Below, one piece after another: positions 52,268 through 63,763 of a stretch of 64,000 nucleotides of DNA. The first letter of the stretch is position 1. Every line of letters begins with the position of its first letter. The position numbers were made by a program, and so were the translations under genes. Under the pieces are notes generated by a model that made no database searches, was not told where the DNA came from, and saw only the letters and a list, made by a program, of their open reading frames with translations. The DNA is from Dehalococcoidia bacterium (GTDB lineage Bacteria; Chloroflexota; Dehalococcoidia; UBA2979), in NCBI GenBank assembly GCA_965226785.1, contig CBDDEC010000003.1, positions 387,205 to 451,204 of the forward strand. Reading direction: 5' to 3'.

Positions 52268-53686
52268 ATGGACGCTGCTGGCACCCCGCTCACCGCATCG
52301 TTCCGCAGCGAGCTCCGCGCCGTCGTAGAGGAGGCGATGGCGCGCCTGCATGTGCCCGGCGCTGCGGTCGGCATCGTCGACCTGGCTGACGGGCGTGACG
52401 CCGAGGTGGTCGAGACGTTCGGGGTGACCAGCATTGACCATCCGCTGGAGGTCACCGAGCAGACGCTGTTCCAGATCGGTTCAACGACGAAGACGTTCAC
52501 CGCCACGCTCGCGATGCAGGACGTCGACGCTGGCCGGCTGGACCTCGACGCGCCGGTGCACATCTACCTCCACGAGTTTTGGCTCTCCAGGGACGAGTGG
52601 GCGCCGGAGGTGAGGGTCCGCGACCTGCTCACGCACACCGGCGGCTTCGACGGCGACTGGTTCCTGATGAACCCACTCGGCGAGGGCCAGCGGCTGGCGC
52701 GCGTGGTCGGCTGGATGGCGCAGGTGCCGGCGCTGACGCCGCCGGGCGAGTACTTCTCCTACTCGAACGCCGGGTTCGCGATCGCCGGGCGGCTCGTCGA
52801 GGTGTTCGCGGGTATCTCCTCGAGCTACGAGGGCCTGGTCATGGAGCGGCTCTTCGAGCCCCTGGGGATGGGCAACTCCGTCGCCGAGCCGATCCAGATC
52901 CTGGGGCACCGTTATGCGGTGGGACACAACGTGATCGAGACCGCCGCGGGCGAGGCGATCGTCAAGGTGGCCCGCCCGTACCACCTCGAACGTGGCGCGG
53001 TGGCGCACGGCGGCATCATCTCCGATGTGCGCGACCAGCTGCGCTGGGCCCGGTTTCACCTCGGCGACGGGACTGCCCCGGACGGCACCCGACTGCTGGA
53101 CGAACAGACGCTGCGGCGCATGCAACAGCGCCGCGTGGAGGCAGGCAGCACCTGCGACGCCGTGGGCTACTCATGGCTGATCGAGGACTACGAGGACGCC
53201 GCGGGCGCGACCATCGAGACGATCCGCCACGGCGGCGAGACGCACGGTCAGATGTCGGCGTTCCGCATCGTGCCCGACCGCCGCTTCGCTCTCACGGTGC
53301 TGACGAACGCCTCGAGCGGCGGGCAGTTGCACGACGAGGTCGTCGCCTGGGTGCTCGCTCGCAGCCTCGGCCTGCGCCGGCCGGAGCCGCCGGTGATCGC
53401 CATGGACGACCTCGGTTCGTTCGAGGGTCGCTTCGGCGGCACGCTGAAGGATGTGACGCTGCGCGTCCACGATGGCGTGCTCCACGCCGAGGTCAGCCGC
53501 CACCGCCGCCCCGGACGCCCCCAGCCGCCAGCGCTCGCCCCGATGCCCCTCGGCTTCGTCGACGAGCGCACCGTCATCGCCCTCGACGGGCCGCAGCGAG
53601 GCATGCGCGGCGACCTCATGCACGACATCGAAGGCGCGCACTCCTGGCTGCGCTGGGACGGGCGGATGATGCCGCGGGTGGAGTGA
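52268..53686 (+). CDS. Serine beta-lactamase-fold protein, paralog B
   Basis: FQIGSTTKTFTATLAM (SxxK). Co-linear similarity to paralog A along its length (LLTHTGGWDGDW / LLTHTGGFDGDW etc.). Confidence 0.85.
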   Translation: MDAAGTPLTASFRSELRAVVEEAMARLHVPGAAVGIVDLADGRDAEVVETFGVTSIDHPLEVTEQTLFQIGSTTKTFTATLAMQDVDAGRLDLDAPVHIYLHEFWLSRDEWAPEVRVRDLLTHTGGFDGDWFLMNPLGEGQRLARVVGWMAQVPALTPPGEYFSYSNAGFAIAGRLVEVFAGISSSYEGLVMERLFEPLGMGNSVAEPIQILGHRYAVGHNVIETAAGEAIVKVARPYHLERGAVAHGGIISDVRDQLRWARFHLGDGTAPDGTRLLDEQTLRRMQQRRVEAGSTCDAVGYSWLIEDYEDAAGATIETIRHGGETHGQMSAFRIVPDRRFALTVLTNASSGGQLHDEVVAWVLARSLGLRRPEPPVIAMDDLGSFEGRFGGTLKDVTLRVHDGVLHAEVSRHRRPGRPQPPALAPMPLGFVDERTVIALDGPQRGMRGDLMHDIEGAHSWLRWDGRMMPRVE

Positions 53687-53698
53687 GCGTGTCGGCCC

Positions 53699-54199
53699 CT
53701 AGAACGGCCCGCGGAGCACGCCCTGGTCGGGGCGTTCGGCGCGCTGATCGTGGCCGCCGAGGTCGAAGCTGATGCGCACCTGTGCGTCCTTGGACGCGCC
53801 CCACTCGCACATCGCGGCCAGCTCGCGTAGTCGCGGCGTCAGGTGTTCGTCGCCCGCGACCAGCGGCTCGAGTGACGTCGATGGGTGTTCCCACGCCTGC
53901 GCGACCGTGTTGGCGCACTCGGCGAGGTCGGCTGCCGGCTGCCACGCCCGTTCGAGCTCGAAGCGGTCCGAGTCGTTCTCGGCGTTGCGGTCGGCGTAGC
54001 GCAACAGCGGCCGCAGGTCGATCTGCTGGTGGCGCAACGTTTGCGCCGCCTGTGCCAGCTCGTGGTTACCGCCGAACTCGGCACTGAAGGCCCACGAAGC
54101 GAAGAAGAGCACGATCGTCGGATCGTCGAGGAATTCGAGCGGGCAGGCTTCGGTCGTATCGAACTCCACGAAGAAGCGTTGGCCGACCTCGCTCGCCAT
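53699..54199 (-). CDS. Hypothetical protein (166 aa)
   Basis: GC3-rich ORF immediately downstream (1-bp gap) of the methyltransferase on the same strand. No family recognised. Confidence 0.5.
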   Translation of the reverse strand: MASEVGQRFFVEFDTTEACPLEFLDDPTIVLFFASWAFSAEFGGNHELAQAAQTLRHQQIDLRPLLRYADRNAENDSDRFELERAWQPAADLAECANTVAQAWEHPSTSLEPLVAGDEHLTPRLRELAAMCEWGASKDAQVRISFDLGGHDQRAERPDQGVLRGPF

Positions 54200-54200
54200 G

Positions 54201-54860
54201 TCAGGCGTTCGGCGCGGGCGCGCTGCGTTCGAGCAGCATCACGTCCCAGATGCGGCCCACCCGCTCGTCCGCGAGCGTGAAGCCGCGCTGCGCCGCCTCG
54301 TCCAGGAGCGCCGAACGAGGGTGAATGAAGGCGCGGAACTCGCTTCGGCGGAGGCGCAGGAAGAGGTTCGCCACGCGCATCACGCTGCGGAACAGCACGT
54401 TGTCGCGAGGCATGGCGAGCACAACGCGCTGGCTGGCGTGGTCGCAGGCCGCGCCGATCAACGCGGGCATGTCCGGGTAACAGCACACGACCTTGTTCAT
54501 GACCACGGCGTCCGCGACCGGCAGGTCGCCGTTCATCGTGACGAAGTCACCGATGCGTCGGTCCGCGCGGTCTCCGAGTTCTGTCTCCGCGAGCAACTCG
54601 GAGGCAACGTGCTCGTACTCGGCTGAGAGTTCGACGCTGACGGTGCGGCCGGCGCCCGCTTTCAGCAGCTCGAGCTGGATCGCACCGATGCCGCCACCGA
54701 CCTCGAGGACGGTCGAGCCCTCCAGGGGGTGCCGGCTGAGGAACGAGAAGATCTGCTTCGACTGGGCGTCGAGGCCACGCTTGCGGTAGCCTCGGGCGTC
54801 ACGGCGGGCGCGGTTTTCGTTGAACATGTCGGCGTACGCGCCGTGGCAACAATCGCTCAT
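54201..54860 (-). CDS. Class I SAM-dependent methyltransferase
   Basis: VLEVGGGIGAIQLELLKAG (motif I GxGxG), acidic residue motif II, about 220 aa. Confidence 0.8.
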   Translation of the reverse strand: MSDCCHGAYADMFNENRARRDARGYRKRGLDAQSKQIFSFLSRHPLEGSTVLEVGGGIGAIQLELLKAGAGRTVSVELSAEYEHVASELLAETELGDRADRRIGDFVTMNGDLPVADAVVMNKVVCCYPDMPALIGAACDHASQRVVLAMPRDNVLFRSVMRVANLFLRLRRSEFRAFIHPRSALLDEAAQRGFTLADERVGRIWDVMLLERSAPAPNA

Positions 54861-54924
54861 CGTGTGCCCACGGTACGCCGAGCACGCAAACTGGCGGCTG
54901 GGCCCTTAGACGCCGGCCGCGGCG

Positions 54925-57339
<2,415 letters not shown>

Positions 57340-57366
57340 TCAGCGACTGAGAGGTATCTACACGCC

Positions 57367-57855
57367 GTGACAACGCCCTCCGAACAGCCACCGATCGAAC
57401 TTCGCCCGATCGGCGTCGTACGGGACGCTCCGGACGACCTCGAACGGGTCGACTGGAGCGATGTCGAGAGCACGATCGAGCTCATCGGGGAGGCCGCCGC
57501 GGCCGCCGATCAGCTCACCCTGGAGCTTGAGGAGTACACGCATCTGATCGTCCTCGGCTGGCTCGATCGTTACCCGGATGAGCTGCGCCATCGCCGCACG
57601 GCGTACCCGGGCGGGGACACTTCGTTGCCGCTGCAAGGCACGCTCGCCCTGCGTGGCGCGCGACCCAACCCGATCAGCTTCACGGTGGTCGAGCTACTCG
57701 AGATCGACGGCGATGAGATCGACGTGCGCGGACTCGACCTCGTCGCGGGGACACCGATCCTCGACGTCAAGCCGTACATCGCCTTCTACGACTCGTTCCA
57801 CGACGCGCAGATGCCCGAGTGGGCCGAGGGCGAGCCGATCGAGGACGAGCTGTGA
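57367..57855 (+). CDS. tsaA: tRNA (adenine37-N6)-methyltransferase TsaA (YaeB family)
   Basis: IELRPIGVVR ... TPILDVKPY is the TsaA-like beta-barrel SAM-binding signature. Confidence 0.8.
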   Translation: MTTPSEQPPIELRPIGVVRDAPDDLERVDWSDVESTIELIGEAAAAADQLTLELEEYTHLIVLGWLDRYPDELRHRRTAYPGGDTSLPLQGTLALRGARPNPISFTVVELLEIDGDEIDVRGLDLVAGTPILDVKPYIAFYDSFHDAQMPEWAEGEPIEDEL

Positions 57856-58656
57856 GCACGAGGCGGGCGTCGCGTGCTTCAGGCGGCCGGCTGCAGCCAG
57901 GCCCGACCGGCCTCGAGGCCGACCCGAGCGAGCTGCGCAATCCGCCGGACGCCGGCGAGCTCGACGCGATCTTCGGCGCGCTGGTCGAGGCACATGGCCC
58001 GCAGCAGTGGTGGCCCACCGCCAGCGAGGATGGCGAGCGGGCGCGCCTGGAGATCTGCCTCGGCGCGATCCTGACGCAGAACACCGCCTGGAAGGCCGCC
58101 GCGAGCGCCCTCGATCGGCTGCGTGCGGTTGATGCGCTCGACTGCGACGTCATCCTCGACCTTGCCGCAGGACGTGCTGGCCGACCTCGTCCGGCCGTCC
58201 GGGCACTACAACGTGAAGGCGCGCAAGCTGCGCTCGTTCGCGGAGACAGTCGTCGAGGAGCATGACGGCTCGCTCGACTCGCTGCTCGCCGGCACCACGG
58301 ACGAGGTGCGCGAGCGGCTGCTGGCGATCTGGGGGATCGGTCCGGAGACGGCCGATGCCATGACGCTCTACGCCGCCCGCCTGCCGACGTTCGTGATCGA
58401 CGCCTACGCCTATCGTCTCTTTGAACGCCTCGGGCGTCCCCTCGGGCCTCGACGCTACGATGTCTACCGAGAGTTCCTGCTGGCGGCCGTGGGACCAGAC
58501 GTGCACCGGCTCAACGAGTGGCACGCGCTGATCGTGCGGCACGGTCAGGAGACCTGCCGCCGCACGCGCCCCCGTTGCGAAGAATGCGTGCTGCTCGACC
58601 GCTGTGAGTTTGGTCAGATCGAGGTAGGCGAGGCAGCTGGCGAGAGGCTCGCCTGA
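57852..58656 (+). pseudogene. Endonuclease III-like HhH-GPD DNA glycosylase with a 4Fe-4S loop, interrupted by a 1-nt frameshift near 58160-58170
   Basis: ORF 57819..58265 carries the N-terminal helices (LGAILTQNTAWKAAASAL ... DCDVILDL). ORF 58123..58656 in another frame continues with (P)QDVLADLVRPSGHYNVKARKL ... GIGPETADA ... C-X6-C-X2-C-X5-C. Its GTG start overlaps the tsaA stop (GTGA). Confidence 0.55.
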
Positions 58657-58685
58657 TCGACGGCCCGCTGACCCTGGCGGGGTGG

Positions 58686-58814
58686 GTGGCGGTCGGTGTC
58701 GCTATTGGCGCCGCGCTCGGGGCGCTGAACGGCGACATGCGCGGCGGCGTGGCGCTCGGCGCCGTGTTCGGCGTCGGATTGGGACTGGCGGCTCAGCTGC
58801 GCGGGCGCAGGTAG
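58686..58814 (+). CDS. Possible Gly-zipper single-TM micro-protein (42 aa)
   Basis: VAVGVAIGAALGALNGDMRGGVALGAVFGVGLGLAAQLRGRR has GC3-rich codons. Alternative start codons possible. No RBS seen. Confidence 0.25.
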   Translation: MAVGVAIGAALGALNGDMRGGVALGAVFGVGLGLAAQLRGRR

Positions 58815-58833
58815 GCAGAAGGAGCGGTTCGCG

Positions 58834-59073
58834 ATGTTTGCACCACGCACCGGCACCGGCTTCCTCTTCGCCACCTTCTGGGGCGTGATCACCTTCGTTG
58901 TCTTCAACCCGAGCACGAACGACGCGGTCGCGATGGTGCTGGCGATGGTGGTCTCGATCGTGGCCGACCTCTTCATCCGCTGGCGCAGCGCTCGCCGCCT
59001 CCGCCGCGAGGCGCAGCGCCGCGACGATGCCGTGCGCGACGCCGACGCTGACTTCTGGCAAGATCGGCGCTAG
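58834..59073 (+). CDS. Small two-TM membrane protein (79 aa)
   Basis: GAAGGAG RBS 7-8 nt upstream of the ATG. Two hydrophobic helices then a basic tail. Confidence 0.55.
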   Translation: MFAPRTGTGFLFATFWGVITFVVFNPSTNDAVAMVLAMVVSIVADLFIRWRSARRLRREAQRRDDAVRDADADFWQDRR

Positions 59074-59142
59074 CCCTCGACAGACAGTCGCGGGCCGGGC
59101 CGCCGGCACTCGAACGCTCCCAAGCAACTCGGATACTCCTCG

Positions 59143-60234
59143 ATGGAACTCGGCATCATTGGGCTCGCTCGCAGCGGCAAGACGTCGCTGTTCAACGCGG
59201 TGACGCGCGGCAGCGCGCAGATCGGCGAGTATTCGAGCGGGCGCGAGCCAAATATCGGCGTCGTCCACGTGCCTGATGAACGCGTCGACGCCATGTCCGC
59301 GATCTTCCAACCGAAGCGCACCATCTACGCAGAGATCCGCTGGGTCGACTTCCCCGTCGCCGGATTCGGCGTCGAGGGCCCCGGCGCGCAGTTCCTGGCG
59401 CAGCTCTCAGAGCTCGACGCACTCGTGCACGTGGTGCGGGCGTTCGAGGATCCCTCCGTCGCCCACGATCAGGGCAGCGTCGATCAGGCGCGTGACCTCG
59501 AAGCGCTCGACCTCGAGCTGACGTTCGCCGACCTGGCGCTGATCGAGCGCCGGATCTCACGGCTGGAGGCGGAGATGCGCGCCGTCCGCGCCGGTGAGCG
59601 CGTCGAGATGGACCGCCAGCACGCGATGATGGAACGAATGCAGACACACCTCGAGGGCGGAACGGGGCTGCGCTCGATGACGTTCAGCGAGGTGGAGGCG
59701 CGCGAGTTGCGCAACTACCGGTTCGTGACGCTGCTGCCGACGCTGATCGTCGTCAACATCGGCGAAGAGCAGCTCGCCGATGCCGAGTCGATCGAGCAGG
59801 ACTTCGCTGGCCGCTACGGCGGCGAAGCGATCGAGGTGGCGGCGCTGAGCGCGAAGCTCGAGGCCGAGCTGGCGCAGATGGAGCCGGACGAGGCCGCGGA
59901 GTTCCGCGCCGAGCTCGGCCTGCCACCCGACTCCCCGCTGGACCGCACGATCCATGCGGCGTACCGATTGCTCGGCCTGCACTCGTTCTTGACCGTCGGT
60001 GACGATGAGTGCCGAGCCTGGCCCGTGCGGGTCGGCGCTACCGCGCAGGAGGCCGCCGGGAAGATCCACAGCGACCTCGAGCGCGGGTTTATCCGCGCAG
60101 AGGTGGCCGGCTGGACCGACCTCGTCGAGGCGGGGTCGCTCCCGGCGCTCAAGCGAGCCGGTAAGCTCCGCACCGAGGGCAAGTCGTACATCGTGCAGGA
60201 TGGCGACGTGCTGAACATCCTCTTTAACGTTTGA
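59143..60234 (+). CDS. ychF: Ribosome-binding ATPase YchF (Obg-like ATPase)
   Basis: MELGIIGLARSGKTSLFNAVT (G1), full-length YchF with a C-terminal TGS domain (YIVQDGDVLNILFNV). Confidence 0.95.
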   Translation: MELGIIGLARSGKTSLFNAVTRGSAQIGEYSSGREPNIGVVHVPDERVDAMSAIFQPKRTIYAEIRWVDFPVAGFGVEGPGAQFLAQLSELDALVHVVRAFEDPSVAHDQGSVDQARDLEALDLELTFADLALIERRISRLEAEMRAVRAGERVEMDRQHAMMERMQTHLEGGTGLRSMTFSEVEARELRNYRFVTLLPTLIVVNIGEEQLADAESIEQDFAGRYGGEAIEVAALSAKLEAELAQMEPDEAAEFRAELGLPPDSPLDRTIHAAYRLLGLHSFLTVGDDECRAWPVRVGATAQEAAGKIHSDLERGFIRAEVAGWTDLVEAGSLPALKRAGKLRTEGKSYIVQDGDVLNILFNV

Positions 60235-60253
60235 CCGGCCGAGGAGCGCGCTC

Positions 60254-61090
60254 ATGGATGCTGCCGACCGCGCCTTGATCCTCGAGGCGATGGAGTCTGC
60301 CCTCGACGGCGGACCGCCCGTGGTGGTTGCCACCGTGACTGAGGCGGGCGTGGCCGGCCTGCTGGAGCTCGGCGCGAAACTCCTCGTGCGCGGCGACGGG
60401 CGCACCGAGGGCACGCTCGGACAGGCCGAGGTGGATACGGCTGTCTCCGATGCCGGCGTCAGCGCGATGAACGCCTTCCCGCGTGTCGATGTGCAGACGC
60501 TCTACGTCAGCGCGGAAGGTGCGGTCGCCGACCGCCGCCACCTCGCCGGCGAGGGGGATGCGCAGGTGATGCTGCAGCTGTTCGAGAGCCCGGCGCGGCT
60601 GATCGTGGTCGGTGGCGGTCACATCGGACTCGCGCTCGCGCAGTTCGGCGAGCTGCTCGGTTTCCGCCTCACCGTCCTCGACGACCGCGAGGAGTTCGGC
60701 AACCGGGAGCGCTTCCCGATGGCAGAGGAGGTCGTCGCCGGCGAGCTCGGGCCGGCGCTCGACGCACTCGACCTCGACGCCACGTGCCACGTGGTGCTCG
60801 TCTCGCGCGGGCACCGGCAGGACGAGGAGGCGCTGCGACACTCTGTCGGGCGTGGCGCGGCCTTCGTCGGCATGATCGGCAGCCGCCGCCGCGTAGCGAC
60901 GGTGCTCGCGCACCTGCTGGACGAAGGGTTCGCCCGCGAAGACATCGAGGCGGTGAGCACACCGATTGGGATCGATATCGGCGCGGAGACGCCCGAGGAG
61001 ATCGCGCTGTCGATCCTGGCCGAGATCGTGATGCGTCGTCGCGGCGGTGGCGGCGAGCTGATGGTCGCGCGTCGGGCACCGCTCGACTGA
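60254..61090 (+). CDS. XdhC/CoxI-family molybdoenzyme maturation protein (N-domain plus Rossmann domain)
   Basis: XdhC_CoxI N-terminal domain (VVATVTEAGVAGLLELGAKLLV) and XdhC Rossmann C-domain (LIVVGGGHIGLALAQFGELLGFRLTVLDDREEF). Confidence 0.8.
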   Translation: MDAADRALILEAMESALDGGPPVVVATVTEAGVAGLLELGAKLLVRGDGRTEGTLGQAEVDTAVSDAGVSAMNAFPRVDVQTLYVSAEGAVADRRHLAGEGDAQVMLQLFESPARLIVVGGGHIGLALAQFGELLGFRLTVLDDREEFGNRERFPMAEEVVAGELGPALDALDLDATCHVVLVSRGHRQDEEALRHSVGRGAAFVGMIGSRRRVATVLAHLLDEGFAREDIEAVSTPIGIDIGAETPEEIALSILAEIVMRRRGGGGELMVARRAPLD

Positions 61091-61452
61091 CGCAGGATCG
61101 CGTTCGGCCTGCAACCACGCGGTAGTCGCCGGACTGACCCCGACATAACAGCGCTTCCCTCAGTGTGCTAACTTCCGAAGCAGAGCGGCGGCGTCGCCCG
61201 TGGATCGCGGCAGCGGTCCAGCCATTGTCGATGGAGCCTCGTGCACCCTCGACGGACGCCAGGGCAGCGCACAGCGGCAGGCCGTAGAGGCCACTCGCGC
61301 GTCGCCCCGTCCGCATCGTCGAGCGATCGGCGGTAGGGACGAGGTTGCGTGCGGATCGTGGGGCTCGGCGGACAGAACTGCCGCCAGCCGTGAGCTACCG
61401 GCTGCGACGGTCTCACGGGGCGGCCGCGACGCACAGCCAGTTCCCTCTGGGG

Positions 61453-61483
61453 CGTGAGGGCCGAGTTTATCTCGGCCCTCACG
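61453..61483. other. Perfect 13-bp GC-rich inverted repeat (stem-loop) in the leader of the XdhC N-domain gene
   Basis: cgtgagggccgag-tttat-ctcggccctcacg, with no following U-tract. Confidence 0.5.
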
Positions 61484-61567
61484 CTATCTGCCAGACGGCG
61501 GCCGCCCTTGTATGCAGATACGCCGCACGCTCCCCGCCGGATTCGTGCCGCCCGCTATACTGCATCC

Positions 61568-61882
61568 ATGTCCGCAGAATTGATCCGAGAGATTCGCGAC
61601 GCCGAGGCACGTGGCGAGCCGCGCGTGCTGGCCACCGTGGCGACCACGCGTGGCTCGACCCCTCGTAAGGCCGGGGCCAACATGCTGTTGCGACCCGACG
61701 GCACGTTTACCGGCACGATCGGGGGCGGCTGCGGCGAAGCCGAGGTCTGGCAGGAGGCGATGGAGACGATGGCCGACGGCGAGCCGCGGACGGTGCTTGT
61801 CGATCTGACCGAGCCGATCGACGGCGAAGACAAGATTTGCGGCGGCGTCATGGAAGTCTTCGTCGAGCGCATCACTGGCTAG
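61568..61882 (+). CDS. Stand-alone XdhC/CoxI N-terminal-domain protein (104 aa)
   Basis: RVLATVATTRGSTPRKAGANMLLRPDGTFTGTIGGGCGEAEV is the XdhC_CoxI N-domain signature. No Rossmann domain follows. ATG at 61568 preferred over the longer ORF. Confidence 0.65.
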   Translation: MSAELIREIRDAEARGEPRVLATVATTRGSTPRKAGANMLLRPDGTFTGTIGGGCGEAEVWQEAMETMADGEPRTVLVDLTEPIDGEDKICGGVMEVFVERITG

Positions 61883-62069
61883 CTCGCCCCGCCGCCTCCG
61901 TCACCCGCAGGCAACCCTCAGGCGATAGCAGCGTCTATAGACACTGACAGGGCGCCTGCATAGAGTCGGCGTTGACGTGCGCGTCAGGTCAACGTTGCGC
62001 GCCTCGAGGCCTCCGGAAGCTCACGCCAGACGCCCCGCGCAGCCGCGGGGGACTCAGGAGGGGGACAGC

Positions 62070-63230
62070 GTGGACAGCGCGGCTCGCTGGTTCCTCGCCG
62101 GCATCATCGTCTCGCTGGTCAACACCGCGCTCGTCATCGCCTTCATCGGCATCCCCGGCATCACCGACGACAACGACTCTGGCGATCCGGTGATCGTGAC
62201 CGAGACTGAGGTCGTTGAGGTTGAGGTGCCCATCACCTACATCCTCGTCGTCGACGAGGACGGGAACATCGTGCGTGAAGAGGTGCGCGTCGGGCGGCCG
62301 GGCGATCAAGGCGCGCCGTCCACCACCCGGCCGACGCCCATGGCGACGCCCGACCTCGACGAGCTGACGTTCCAGGAGCCGCGCTTCGCCTCCGTCTTCA
62401 ACCCGCTGCAGGTAGCAGCCAGCAACGGCCTCTCGGTGGTCGCGACCGGCGCGTTCGGTCTGACCGCCGTCGACCTCAACGGCGACTCGCTGCCGGTGCC
62501 TCTGACGGGGCTGAAGAACACCGGCAGTTCGGCGGCCATCGACATCGACATCGAATTCGACGGCACGTTCGTCGTGCTGCTGCGTGACAGCGACCGTGAA
62601 TGGCGCATCGTCAAGAAGGCGCCCGGAGCGGTGTTCTGGGACGTGGTCGCCTCATCCGACTCGCTCCAGTTCCCGGCGACCGTGAACGCGCTGACCGTGT
62701 CAGTGACGGGCCAGCTCTACCTCTCCGCCTCCGCCCCGGGCGGGCTGTACCAGCTCGACCCGGAGCTCGGCACGTTCACCGCCCTCGTCTCGGGGCGCGT
62801 CGTCGAGGGTCTCGACGCCGGTGTGATCGGGATGCGGGTGGCGTACGCCGCACCCTCCTCGCTGGCGCGTGACGCTGATAGCCAGGTCGGCCTCGTTGAG
62901 GACGATGTCGCGGCGGCGTTCGAGACCAGTTATGGGCGCTGCACCGGCCCGGTGGCGCTCTCGGTGCCATCCTCGCCGACGGACGTGGCGTTCGCGCCCG
63001 ACGATCGCCTGCTGGTCGTTGACGGCGACAACCACACCGTCTGGTTGCAGCAGCGTGGCGGTGAGGGCGTGCGCCTCTTCGGTCGCTCCGACTGCGCCGC
63101 TGGCAGTGACGATTCGAGCCTGCGAGCGCCCTCGGCGGTGGCGATCGACAGCGATCGCAACGTCTTCATTACCGACCGGGGCAACAACCGATTGATCATT
63201 CTGCCGGCCGCCAGCGAGGACACTCCATAG
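62070..63230 (+). CDS. Membrane-anchored NHL-repeat (beta-propeller) protein
   Basis: GTG start with a GGAGGGGGA RBS. N-terminal TM helix (WFLAGIIVSLVNTALVIAFIG). C-terminal NHL-type repeats (RNVFITDRGNNRLIIL, DDRLLVVDGDNHTVW). Confidence 0.65.
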   Translation: MDSAARWFLAGIIVSLVNTALVIAFIGIPGITDDNDSGDPVIVTETEVVEVEVPITYILVVDEDGNIVREEVRVGRPGDQGAPSTTRPTPMATPDLDELTFQEPRFASVFNPLQVAASNGLSVVATGAFGLTAVDLNGDSLPVPLTGLKNTGSSAAIDIDIEFDGTFVVLLRDSDREWRIVKKAPGAVFWDVVASSDSLQFPATVNALTVSVTGQLYLSASAPGGLYQLDPELGTFTALVSGRVVEGLDAGVIGMRVAYAAPSSLARDADSQVGLVEDDVAAAFETSYGRCTGPVALSVPSSPTDVAFAPDDRLLVVDGDNHTVWLQQRGGEGVRLFGRSDCAAGSDDSSLRAPSAVAIDSDRNVFITDRGNNRLIILPAASEDTP

Positions 63231-63411
63231 GGCGCGATGACGCCGGCGATGACCCCGACGACGTAGCCGAAGATCCGGCCCCGCGGGCATCCGTAGCGCC
63301 TCGATGGACGTACCAACAAGGCGGCGTCACGGGCGGATCTGCGCTACGATGATCGTCCGCGTTTCGGGCGTTCGCTCGACGCGTCGGAGGGACGCCGGAA
63401 GGGACGAATCC

Positions 63412-63642
63412 GTGTTTGGAACCCTGGGGTGGCAGGAACTCCTGATCATCCTCGTGATCCTCGCTCTCCTGTTCGGAGCATCTCGCGTCGCTGACCTCGG
63501 CGGTGCGCTCGGTCGCGGCATCCGCGAGTTCCGCACCGAGGCTCGCGCCGAAGACGAGGACGAAGAGTCCTCGGACGGCGCCGCTGCTTCCAGCAGCGAC
63601 TCCTCCGGCTCGGACGAGAAAGACAGTTCGGGCGGCGGCTGA
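63412..63642 (+). CDS. tatA: Twin-arginine translocase subunit TatA/E
   Basis: FGTLGWQELLIILVILALLFGASRVADLGGALGRGIREFR, followed by an acidic/Ser-rich tail. Confidence 0.85.
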   Translation: MFGTLGWQELLIILVILALLFGASRVADLGGALGRGIREFRTEARAEDEDEESSDGAAASSSDSSGSDEKDSSGGG

Positions 63643-63681
63643 GCGTTCGTCCGCCCATCCAACTCAGATCAGGTTCAAGGA

Positions 63682-63706
63682 CAGGCGCCATCGGGCGCCT
63701 GTTTCG
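63682..63706 (+). terminator. Rho-independent terminator downstream of tatA
   Basis: caggcgcc-atcg-ggcgcctg (8-bp stem, 4-nt loop) followed by tttcga. Confidence 0.6.
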
Positions 63707-63763
63707 ATCCGGGAGCGCACGCCTCCCCGGGCTCGGGCCGCAGCTCACCCAGCAAGGAGCGCC

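Noticed and set aside
61165-61180. CIRCE-like half-site agtgtgctaac
   Set aside because: There is no matching left arm (TTAGCACTC) at 9-nt spacing, so it is a chance half-site.
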